Shown piece after piece: positions 1-8,095 of a DNA stretch of 61,196 nt (position 1 is its first letter; every line of letters starts with the position of its first letter). Made by a program: the position numbers and the translations under genes. Below the pieces are notes generated by a model. That model was not told the DNA's origin. It was given only the letters and a program-made list of their open reading frames with translations, and ran no database searches. The DNA lies in the IMG/VR virus record IMGVR_UViG_3300008952_000048, positions 1-61,196 of that record; one strand, 5' to 3'. Origin of the DNA: a virus (Duplodnaviria > Caudoviricetes).

Positions 1-3
1 ACC

Positions 4-222
4 ATGTATGGCCATGCCGAAGAAGCTACCCCCTTTACCAAATTAGAGAGTGGTGATAACTTTGTTGAGATTTACCGCAGCTTTTTAAAAACAATCAAGG
101 AGAGACCCTGCGTAATTATAGTAAACTCCCATCAACCAAAGATCTACGAGTCACCAGATGGCGGAGAGACTGTCTACGAGAGAGACTTCGGGGACTATGA
201 AAACCGAAAGAGAATAAAGTGA
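4..222 (+). CDS. hypothetical protein, probably 5'-truncated by the window edge
   Basis: Frame is open from base 1. The TGA stop overlaps the next GTG start (GTGA), as expected for coupled phage genes. No motif recognised. Confidence 0.55.
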   Translation: MYGHAEEATPFTKLESGDNFVEIYRSFLKTIKERPCVIIVNSHQPKIYESPDGGETVYERDFGDYENRKRIK

Positions 223-758
223 TTAAAATAAACATAGGATGCGGCTGGAGAAATTTCGGCCCAGAGTGGATCCACATTGACGGGGGAGATTACCCCCACT
301 TAGATTCTAAAGATATTATGAATCTTTCCCAGGGCAACGAAGAGGTGGACTTGATTTACGCCTCGCATGTGTTGGAATATTTCGACAGGGAAGAAGTGAA
401 AACTCTTCTCAAGGAGTGGCACCGTGTCCTCAAGCCCCGCGCAACCTTGAGGTTGGCGGTTCCAAATTTTGAATCTATAGTAGAAGCGTATGGGAAAGAA
501 GAATATTCTTTAGATAATTTTTTAGGGCCACTCTATGGAAAAATGTCAATGGGGAGAGAAACCATTTATCATAAAACTGTCTATGATTTTAAAAGTTTGG
601 CGCAACTGCTGAGTGAAAGTGGGTTTGTGGATGTAAGGCTTTTTGATTGGCGCAAAACTGAACATGCCCACTTCGACGACCACTCTCAAGCCTATTTGCC
701 CCACATGGACAAAGAATCAGGGATGTTGATGAGCTTCAACGTGGAGTGCACTCGATGA
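219..758 (+). CDS. class I SAM-dependent methyltransferase (Methyltransf_11-like)
   Basis: KINIGCG glycine-rich motif I, VDLIYASHVLEY and EWHRVLKP..LRLAVP motifs; lies in a sugar-modification cluster. Confidence 0.85.
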   Translation: MIKINIGCGWRNFGPEWIHIDGGDYPHLDSKDIMNLSQGNEEVDLIYASHVLEYFDREEVKTLLKEWHRVLKPRATLRLAVPNFESIVEAYGKEEYSLDNFLGPLYGKMSMGRETIYHKTVYDFKSLAQLLSESGFVDVRLFDWRKTEHAHFDDHSQAYLPHMDKESGMLMSFNVECTR

Positions 759-1342
759 GTTTTGAGGTTGTAAGTGAATTCGAGAGTGAACTATCTAATT
801 TTTTCGGAGCGCCATATGGAGTTGCCGTAGACTGCTGTACTCATGGGTTAGAGTTGTGTCTAAGGCACACTCATGCATCTTCAATTTCGGTCCCCAAGAA
901 CACATATATATCTGTACCGTTTCTGGCCAACAAGTTGGATATTCAACTGAATTGGCGCGAGGAAGATTGGCTTGATTATTATTTTTTGACCCCCGAAGTG
1001 GTAGACGCAGCTGTGCTTTGGAGAGAGGGCAGCTACGTTCCCGATACTTTTATGTGTTTAAGTTTTCAATTCCAAAAACACCTAAGTCTTGGTCGAGGTG
1101 GGATGATCTTAACTGATAATAAAAAAGCATATGAATCCTTAAAGAAGATGTCATATGATGGTAGAATACAGGATGTGCCATGGAGAGAGCAGAATATAAC
1201 TTCGATGGGGTACCACTATTATATGACCCCGGAAACAGCCCAAGCGGGCCTAACAAAGATGCCAGATGCCATCAAGACCAAACCAAAACAGTGGACAATT
1301 TCAGATTGGCCAGATTTAACACAAATGGAGGTGTTTAAATGA
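755..1342 (+). CDS. shortened DegT/DnrJ/EryC1/StrS-family PLP-dependent sugar aminotransferase
   Basis: FESEL..FFGAPYGVAVDCCTHGLEL, VDAA, SFQFQKHL..GRGGMILTD (PLP lysine motif) and GYHYYM. The ATG at 755 overlaps the upstream stop (ATGA). Confidence 0.8.
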   Translation: MSFEVVSEFESELSNFFGAPYGVAVDCCTHGLELCLRHTHASSISVPKNTYISVPFLANKLDIQLNWREEDWLDYYFLTPEVVDAAVLWREGSYVPDTFMCLSFQFQKHLSLGRGGMILTDNKKAYESLKKMSYDGRIQDVPWREQNITSMGYHYYMTPETAQAGLTKMPDAIKTKPKQWTISDWPDLTQMEVFK

Positions 1343-2310
1343 AAAAAGCACTTATAACTGGCATTACTGGCCAGGACGGAAGCTACTTAACAGAGTTTTT
1401 ACTTTCAAAGGGATATGAGGTGCATGGCGTTGTGCGAAGACACTCAGTTGCCGAAAACCAAGATGCCAGAATACGACACTTGGAAGGGGAGAATGTCCAC
1501 ACTCACTATGGAGATTTGTTGGACTATCCGTCTCTATATAGAATTGTGTCTGAGGTGATGCCTGATGAGATTTACAATCTTGGCGCAATGAGTCATGTGA
1601 GAATTAGTTTTGATTTACCTTCCTTCACTATACAAACTAACGCCTTGGGCGTTTTGAATATTCTTGAAATATATAGGACGATTTGTCCAAATGCTAAATT
1701 TTATCAAGCCAGTTCCTCGGAAATGTTTGGCAACTCTGTGGATGAGGACGGGATGCAAAGGCTGACAACGCCAATGAATCCCGTAAGTCCATACGGGTGT
1801 GCAAAGGTTTTGGGGTTTAATTTGGTGAAACATTATCGACATGCATATAAGTTACACGCCTGTAATGGCATATTGTTTAACCACGAAAGCCCGCGACGCG
1901 GTTCCAACTTCGTAACAAATAAAGTTGTAAAACACGCAGTGGAAATTAAAAAAGGGCTTCGAGATAAATTAGAGTTGGGGAACTTGGACTCTTATAGGGA
2001 CTGGGGCCACTCAAAAGATTATGTTAGGGCGATGCATGCAATTATAAATCACGAAACTCCGGAGGATTTTATTGTCTCTACACAAGAGACTCACTCCGTC
2101 AGGGATTTGTGTGAAACAGTGTTCAGCAAACTAAACATGGACTACAAAGATTATGTTGTCCAAAGCGAAGCGTTCATGAGACCAGAGGAATTGAAATACC
2201 TCAAAGGAGACTCTTCAGGGACTAGGGACTGCTTGGGTTGGTCGCCCGAATATACTTTTGATACAATGATAGATGAAATGATTGAAAGCTGGATGTCAAA
2301 ATTAAATTAA
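1339..2310 (+). CDS. gmd: GDP-mannose 4,6-dehydratase
   Basis: KKALITGITGQDGSYL, PDEIYNLGAMSHV, FYQASSSEMFG, SPYGCAK, NGILFNHESPRRG, LGNLDSYRDWGH; full length. Confidence 0.97.
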   Translation: MKKALITGITGQDGSYLTEFLLSKGYEVHGVVRRHSVAENQDARIRHLEGENVHTHYGDLLDYPSLYRIVSEVMPDEIYNLGAMSHVRISFDLPSFTIQTNALGVLNILEIYRTICPNAKFYQASSSEMFGNSVDEDGMQRLTTPMNPVSPYGCAKVLGFNLVKHYRHAYKLHACNGILFNHESPRRGSNFVTNKVVKHAVEIKKGLRDKLELGNLDSYRDWGHSKDYVRAMHAIINHETPEDFIVSTQETHSVRDLCETVFSKLNMDYKDYVVQSEAFMRPEELKYLKGDSSGTRDCLGWSPEYTFDTMIDEMIESWMSKLN

Positions 2311-2367
2311 GTGGAAAGAAAACGTTGATGAATCGATCCATGATAAGATTGTCGAATATTTAAAGTA

Positions 2368-2685
2368 ATGATTATCTACGTTGACATCGATGAAACGATT
2401 TGTATTTCTCCGGAAAGCAGAGATTATTCTAAGGCTATCCCCATAAAGAAAAATATTAACAAAATAAACAAAATGTATGATAATGGAGATACGATAATTT
2501 ATTGGACGGCAAGAGGAACTGGAACTGGAATAAACTGGAGAGAAGTAACAGAAAGACAATTCGAAAATTGGGGTGTTCAATACCACGAATTGAAATTTGG
2601 AAAACCTCAATATGACCTCTTTATAGATGATAAAAACATGAACACAGAAGATTTTTTTGGCAAACCTACAGGAGTTAGCAAATGA
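2368..2685 (+). CDS. small HAD-superfamily phosphatase (capsule-biosynthesis phosphatase-like)
   Basis: YVDIDETI (DxDxT), IIYWTARG, FGKP..DLFIDDK. Confidence 0.85.
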   Translation: MIIYVDIDETICISPESRDYSKAIPIKKNINKINKMYDNGDTIIYWTARGTGTGINWREVTERQFENWGVQYHELKFGKPQYDLFIDDKNMNTEDFFGKPTGVSK

Positions 2686-3683
2686 CCAAATTAGAATATA
2701 TATGGGTAGATGGCACACAGCCTACCCCGACACTGAGAAGCAAAACAAAAGTTGTTGAAAGCCTCGGCAGACACTGGGAAGACCTTGCTCTTCTGGATGA
2801 CTGCCCAATTTGGGGGTTTGATGGATCATCAACAAACCAAGCAGAAGGAAATAATTCAGATTGTGCTTTAAAGCCAGTTAGGATATACGAGAACCCCCTC
2901 AACCATTCGGGATATTTGGTTTTGTGCGAGGTGCGGAATGTCGATGATACTCCCCACGAGACCAATACTCGCCAGCTTTTAGAGTCTTTCGTGGCATCAG
3001 ATACCAACGAGCCTTGGTTCGGCGTTGAGCAGGAGTATACTTTCTATAAAGATGGCCAACCTCTTGGGTGGCACAACGGTGAGCCACCCCCTCAAGGTGA
3101 TTATTATTGCGGAAGAAACATTGGCGACGGAATTGCTCATTACCATCTGGATATGTGCATTGAGTGTGGCATCAAGATCTGCGGCATCAATTCTGAGGTA
3201 ATGCTTGGCCAATGGGAATACCAAATCGGAGCTGCAGACCCTCTTCGTGTATCTGATGATTTGTGGGTGGCCCGATGGCTTATGGAAAAGATTTGTGCCA
3301 AAAAGGGATTGACTGTATCTCTCGACCCTAAACCCGTCGAAGGTGACTGGAACGGTGCAGGCTGCCACACTAATTTTTCAACTAAAGAAATGCGTGAAGA
3401 GGGTGGAATCAAATTCATTCATGAGGCAATCGACAAGTTGGGAAAAGTACACAAGGAACATATTTCCATGTATGGCAACGGAAACGAAAACCGACTGACA
3501 GGCGATCATGAAACTTGCGACATTGACACCTTCAGAGCAGGAGTCTCAGATCGAGGTGCATCAATTAGGATTCCATGGCAGGTGAATAAAGACGGAAAGG
3601 GCTACTTAGAAGATAGACGCCCCGCCTCCAACTGCGATCCGTATTTGGTTTGCTGGCGCGTTTTAAAAACTGTATTGGAATAG
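2682..3683 (+). CDS. glnII: glutamine synthetase, type II
   Basis: LEYIWVDG, LRSKTK, WGFDGSSTNQA, PWFGVEQEY, GINSEVMLGQWEYQIG, PKPVEGDWNGAGCHTNFST, RLTGDHET, DRGASIRIP, GYLEDRRPASNCDPY; 333 aa is GSII size. Confidence 0.95.
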   Translation: MTKLEYIWVDGTQPTPTLRSKTKVVESLGRHWEDLALLDDCPIWGFDGSSTNQAEGNNSDCALKPVRIYENPLNHSGYLVLCEVRNVDDTPHETNTRQLLESFVASDTNEPWFGVEQEYTFYKDGQPLGWHNGEPPPQGDYYCGRNIGDGIAHYHLDMCIECGIKICGINSEVMLGQWEYQIGAADPLRVSDDLWVARWLMEKICAKKGLTVSLDPKPVEGDWNGAGCHTNFSTKEMREEGGIKFIHEAIDKLGKVHKEHISMYGNGNENRLTGDHETCDIDTFRAGVSDRGASIRIPWQVNKDGKGYLEDRRPASNCDPYLVCWRVLKTVLE

Positions 3684-3692
3684 GAGAATAAC

Positions 3693-4292
3693 ATGGAAAA
3701 CAAAATACATGAAAACTGGAAACAATTTTTGAATGAGTCCTCTTTGTCGAGGGTGTATTCTCATATGCTGGAGCACGATACTGGTATTATAACAAGCTTT
3801 CGCGGCAACAAGAAGAAAAAAGAAAATTATGAAAGTAATGGAATCTTAAAAGCGCGCCTTCTGGAAAGAGGCTATGGGGTCACGACGGTGAAAGGTTCGT
3901 ATATAGAAAATTTTACGCAACCCACTGCGATGGAGGTATCCGAAGAGAGCTTCTTTGTTGTAAACCTCCCCGATGATCCGGGATTTGAAACAATGCTGTT
4001 TGTTCTCTCGGAGGAGTATGAGCAGGACTCTTTTCTCTTTATTCCGGAAGGGGCAGCTGGGGCTTACCTTTTTGGCACAAGCGAAACCAATACTTTTCCT
4101 CCTTACGGCGACAAGCACGATGTTGGCGATTTGAAGATGGGCAAGGAAGATCAATTTATGACAAGAGTTAAAAACCGGCCTTTCACATTTAAGGAAAAGC
4201 CCCTCAAAGAAGAATTGGAAACTTACGCCAAACTTTCTCGAAATTCAAAATGGGTGGTAAAATCCATCGCCCAAAAATTTAAAAAATCATAA
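3693..4292 (+). CDS. conserved phage hypothetical protein, possibly head-packaged
   Basis: AGGAG SD at 3682-3686. N-terminal IHENWKQFLNE and internal LKEELE resemble (I/L)-X-E prohead-protease sites. Confidence 0.7.
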   Translation: MENKIHENWKQFLNESSLSRVYSHMLEHDTGIITSFRGNKKKKENYESNGILKARLLERGYGVTTVKGSYIENFTQPTAMEVSEESFFVVNLPDDPGFETMLFVLSEEYEQDSFLFIPEGAAGAYLFGTSETNTFPPYGDKHDVGDLKMGKEDQFMTRVKNRPFTFKEKPLKEELETYAKLSRNSKWVVKSIAQKFKKS

Positions 4293-4301
4293 GGAGATAT
4301 T

Positions 4302-4499
4302 ATGAAATTATCAAACCAATCAATTGGAACATTAATGATGGTATTGCAAAAGTGCCTGATGGAGCAGAGCGACATTGTGCCTATGCTAAAAGACCTGAAT
4401 TTCGTGGCCGATGGCGACGAGATTTCGGTAGTAAACCCACCGACAATTCATGTTGACAACGACAAATTAGACGACGACTTGGTAGAAACGAGTGCCTAA
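4302..4499 (+). CDS. hypothetical protein
   Basis: AAGGAG SD upstream; tiles between neighbouring genes. Confidence 0.7.
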   Translation: MKLSNQSIGTLMMVLQKCLMEQSDIVPMLKDLNFVADGDEISVVNPPTIHVDNDKLDDDLVETSA

Positions 4500-4752
4500 A
4501 TACGTCTACGAGTGCAAAGAGTGCGGATTTATTAAAGAAAGTGTCCACTCAATGCAAGAAAAACTTAAAGATTGTTCCGAGTGTGATACAATAGACTCAC
4601 TCATGCGGATACCTTCGTTTAATTTTCTCCGAATGGACATTGTTGATAATAGCAATTCTGGCGGGAGAGTAAAAGAATTTATCGAAGATACTCGCGAGGA
4701 ATTAAAACAGGAAAGAAGAAGTCTTGTGAATCGGGAGCATAGTAATGATTGA
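4492..4752 (+). CDS. FmdB-family zinc-ribbon protein
   Basis: MPKYVYECKECG...CSECD (P-x-Y-x-Y-x-CxxC...CxxC); GTG start. Confidence 0.8.
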   Translation: MPKYVYECKECGFIKESVHSMQEKLKDCSECDTIDSLMRIPSFNFLRMDIVDNSNSGGRVKEFIEDTREELKQERRSLVNREHSND

Positions 4753-5083
4753 GTTAATTTTAGTTTTATCTATTTTATTAAACATTTTTCTTGGATGGTA
4801 CGGATATCTTCTTTTACGGAAGGTATTATTTGCCTCCGATAACACATCAGACATTCTGACAGAAGTTGAGAGGTTTAAAGAACACCTAAACAATGTTTAT
4901 GAACTAGAGACGTTTTATGGAGATGAAACCCTCCAGGGTCTGCTTGATCATACCAGTAATTTATCAACTTTTCTGACAGAGTGCGAGAATGCATACGCAT
5001 TAACTGAAAGAGAGTTTGAAGAATATGTCCAAAACAACCAAGAAGAAGGCCAAGCGCCGGAGAATGAGCAGGGGCGGCGGTAA
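4745..5083 (+). CDS. hypothetical membrane-anchored protein
   Basis: N-terminal hydrophobic helix LILVLSILLNIFLGWYGYLLL; GGGAG upstream. Confidence 0.65.
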   Translation: MIELILVLSILLNIFLGWYGYLLLRKVLFASDNTSDILTEVERFKEHLNNVYELETFYGDETLQGLLDHTSNLSTFLTECENAYALTEREFEEYVQNNQEEGQAPENEQGRR

Positions 5084-5744
5084 AGCCTACTTTACCAAAG
5101 TTCACGAAGATGCGATTGTTCAATATGCCCTTTCCGATTCGCGGGAAGTAAAGACAAAACTGTATGTAGATCTCATCAATCCAGCCTTCAATGAGATGGT
5201 TGACAAAATTGTTTACACATATAAATTCACAAACCTCCCAAATATCGATGACCTCAAGGCCGAATGTAAAGTTTGGCTAACCACAATTTTAGATAAGTTT
5301 GATCCGTCAAAAGGATCAAAAGCGTTTTCCTATTTTTCCGTTATCACAAAAAATTGGTTCATTCACAAAGTAAAGAGAACAGCCCTCCAAAATCGCAGAG
5401 AGGTGTATTATGACGACATGCCAAAAGACATGGAGCAGATGCACCTTTCCACCACAAATATGTATTTTGAGATAAGGGAAGGCCATGAGTTTTGGCAATC
5501 TTTATGGGGAGAAATTGAAGAATGGGACAAGTTGGCCAACAAGGTAAACGAGAAGAAAGTAATTGATGCAATTAGAATTCTCCTTTCTGAGCCAGATGCT
5601 ATTGAAATTTTCAATAAGAAAGCTATTTACTTTTATATAAGAGAGATAACAGGTCTCAATACAAAACAGGTTGTTAGCAGTCTTAATAAGGTGCGAACAA
5701 GATATAAAAACTTTAAGGCCAAATGGGACGAGGGAAAAATCTGA
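5025..5744 (+). CDS. T4 gp55-like late-transcription sigma factor
   Basis: Sigma region-2-like ILDKFDPSKGSKAFSYFSVITKNWFI and N-terminal YFTK..EDAI; precedes the structural genes. Start set at ATG 5025. Confidence 0.7.
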   Translation: MSKTTKKKAKRRRMSRGGGKAYFTKVHEDAIVQYALSDSREVKTKLYVDLINPAFNEMVDKIVYTYKFTNLPNIDDLKAECKVWLTTILDKFDPSKGSKAFSYFSVITKNWFIHKVKRTALQNRREVYYDDMPKDMEQMHLSTTNMYFEIREGHEFWQSLWGEIEEWDKLANKVNEKKVIDAIRILLSEPDAIEIFNKKAIYFYIREITGLNTKQVVSSLNKVRTRYKNFKAKWDEGKI

Positions 5745-6037
5745 TGTCAAGAAACTTAGATGAACAAATTGAACAAGCGTTGGAAAATGTCACGGAAGAC
5801 CGCGACGTCACCAAACGTCTTCTTAATGACCTCATTGATTATATTTCCGTATCTAATGATCGCCACGTAGAGGCAGGCACAATTGCTGCCAAGTATGTGG
5901 AAACCCTGCAGCGTTCAAATGAGCAGGTTGTTAAAATCGCCGGCATCATTCAAAGAGCGAATGCAAACGCCGGGCCCGAAGGATTATCGAGAGAGGAGAA
6001 GGAAGATCTGTTTGAGTTAATTCAGGGGGCCGAGTAG
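5744..6037 (+). CDS. helical hypothetical protein (possibly small terminase-like)
   Basis: ATG overlaps the sigma-factor stop (TGATG); predicted all-helical. Function is a guess. Confidence 0.6.
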   Translation: MSRNLDEQIEQALENVTEDRDVTKRLLNDLIDYISVSNDRHVEAGTIAAKYVETLQRSNEQVVKIAGIIQRANANAGPEGLSREEKEDLFELIQGAE

Positions 6038-7138
6038 ATGACTTCTCAAGTTAAAACAAGAAAATCAACTAAAAAGCAAAGTATCTTGCAAGGCATGGTC
6101 AATGACGCACAGGCCGATCATGGCCGAGCCGGATTTGTAGACCTTAGTCGAAAATACGTAGCCCTGGTTGTAAAACGCTGCAAGCGCCCAGACGGCAGTT
6201 TCGTCACACAGCCAGGCAGCGGCAAAGATCCAGAAGCCGTATTTTATTTTTATAAAATAAGAATTATGGAAAAGCTTGACGCACAATCATATGGTCAGCT
6301 GGCACTACCAGAGATGGAAGATGAATTAGATCTTGGCTATAGTAAAGAGGAAACTCAAAATGTTCTATTGAGCTTATATCCCGATGGTGTTTATAAGAAA
6401 GCTTCTTCATCCGGCGGCCAAGCCCCCCGCGAAGGAGATTATGTTATAGCGATGCACGACCATATTCAGGGAAGATTTTTAATCTTTAAAGACTCAAAAC
6501 CTAATTCCAGAAATGAAAAGCCCCCAGGCTCTGTGCCAGACTATAGCACCCTCCCTGGAAATGACGAACTCTTTAAGAACGGAAAACCAGTACCTATTAA
6601 CACCACACCCAAAGGCTTGCCCCAAGGCCCCAAAGCGGGCCGTATTGAACTCACAAGCAACCGAGTCAATTTTGAATGCCTCCACTCCGATTTGAAAAAA
6701 GACGCTCAAGATATAGCCGACGAGTTCGCTAGTCTACAGACACCGCCGTTCCCAACGGGTGCCCCTGCACCTCTTTATATATCTTCAGCTTATCGAAGCA
6801 CTGCCGACAATACCAGGGTTTATAAAGCCCTGGGTGAGTCAGAAAATAGGGGTAGCTGGCACAAAGTCGGTGCCGCATTTGATATCGACCCGAACAATTA
6901 TTCTCCCATAGAGAGAGCCGCGCTCAAAAATGCCATCGCAGCCGTAAAAAAGAACCGCGACGGCGAACTTTGGCATTATCCCCACGGTAATCACCACCAC
7001 ATGTCGAGGGAAAAAGGTACCAACGGCCGAAAACATTACGAAGCTGCAGTTGATCAAGATAAGTGCTCGGACGAAAATTTGGATAAGTTTACCGAAAATT
7101 CATCCACCGGAACCCCAATCACCGAGGATGAAAAATAG
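6038..7138 (+). CDS. putative baseplate hub/gp5-like protein with C-terminal peptidase M15 (Zn D-Ala-D-Ala/endopeptidase) domain
   Basis: ISSAYRS...N..V...GSWHKVGAAFDI...HHH matches the M15 R / SxHxxxxAxD / HxH motifs; beta-rich N-terminus; located before the baseplate genes. Confidence 0.7.
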   Translation: MTSQVKTRKSTKKQSILQGMVNDAQADHGRAGFVDLSRKYVALVVKRCKRPDGSFVTQPGSGKDPEAVFYFYKIRIMEKLDAQSYGQLALPEMEDELDLGYSKEETQNVLLSLYPDGVYKKASSSGGQAPREGDYVIAMHDHIQGRFLIFKDSKPNSRNEKPPGSVPDYSTLPGNDELFKNGKPVPINTTPKGLPQGPKAGRIELTSNRVNFECLHSDLKKDAQDIADEFASLQTPPFPTGAPAPLYISSAYRSTADNTRVYKALGESENRGSWHKVGAAFDIDPNNYSPIERAALKNAIAAVKKNRDGELWHYPHGNHHHMSREKGTNGRKHYEAAVDQDKCSDENLDKFTENSSTGTPITEDEK

Positions 7139-8080
7139 ATGGCGTCTACGTGCATTAAAACAACAGATCAATCTTTAATACCCTCCAGCATCAAGGGAAC
7201 TTCAAGTGAACATGCTAACGAGTATGCTTCGGAGATAGTGCCCCTTGTTACTCCCGTTTCTAAGGCGTGGGATACAATTGTTGAGGGAGAGAACAATGCT
7301 AGTATTGTTCTTGGGAGGAAATATAATTCTCCCACCGTAGACACTAGGGTTGGAATGATTGACATGTGCGTTGGCCGAGTGGAAGATCCCTCCCTAAGCA
7401 AAGATAACCCAAACCAGGAAGTTAAATATTCCTATGGAATTTCCCCCAAAGACTCCGCCAGAATTTATATGTGCCAGAATGACGACGTGGACAGCACGTT
7501 CGGATTACCAACCTCAGCACCATCGAGGAGGTCAGCCATTTGCCTTAAAGCAGATGCAATAAGAATTGTATCCAGAGATTCAGCGGGAGGCGTAAAAATA
7601 ATGGTACAGCAAGATCCCGATGGCCAAAATTCTCTCACTGGAGATTCTATTGGCACAGCCGGCGTTGAACTTATTGCCGGAGGCCCAATGGAGCCCATGG
7701 TCAAAGCCGATGCCCTAGCCGACAGCCTATATCAGATTGTTGATTTTGTGAAACGACTGCAGAACATGTTTACTAATTTTCATGCATCCCAAGATGCTTA
7801 CAACCAGCAGATTGCCACAGAGTTAAAAATCTCTCCGTTTTATGGCGCCCCCGTGATACAAGATCCGGCAACCCCCGCACAGTGTGCCAAAACCTGCATA
7901 GACGGCTTCAATTGGGTAACATGCGAAGGTCGTTACTTGAGAACCTTAATGTCTAAGTATGAGATGACAAATCTTGGCGTCACTGCTGCTACGCAATCTC
8001 TAGTCGGCGCAGGAAAAGATAAGCCCACGGAAAAGCTTTTTAATGCAAAGTTTGCGAGCCCACATCACAAACTCGATTAG
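7139..8080 (+). CDS. putative baseplate spike/gp5 C-terminal-like protein
   Basis: Short beta-strand repeats (ASIVLGR, SARIYM, SAICLKADAIRIVSR, GVKI, GVELIAG) followed by a helical tail; baseplate context. Confidence 0.5.
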   Translation: MASTCIKTTDQSLIPSSIKGTSSEHANEYASEIVPLVTPVSKAWDTIVEGENNASIVLGRKYNSPTVDTRVGMIDMCVGRVEDPSLSKDNPNQEVKYSYGISPKDSARIYMCQNDDVDSTFGLPTSAPSRRSAICLKADAIRIVSRDSAGGVKIMVQQDPDGQNSLTGDSIGTAGVELIAGGPMEPMVKADALADSLYQIVDFVKRLQNMFTNFHASQDAYNQQIATELKISPFYGAPVIQDPATPAQCAKTCIDGFNWVTCEGRYLRTLMSKYEMTNLGVTAATQSLVGAGKDKPTEKLFNAKFASPHHKLD

Positions 8081-8095
8081 AGAGTAATTACTAAT

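Noticed and set aside
1-3683. Cellular (bacterial O-antigen locus) origin of the left end
   Set aside because: Same strand, tight coupling and the shared upstream motif link it continuously to phage genes, and no integrase or att-like boundary is seen. A chimeric assembly cannot be fully excluded without reads.
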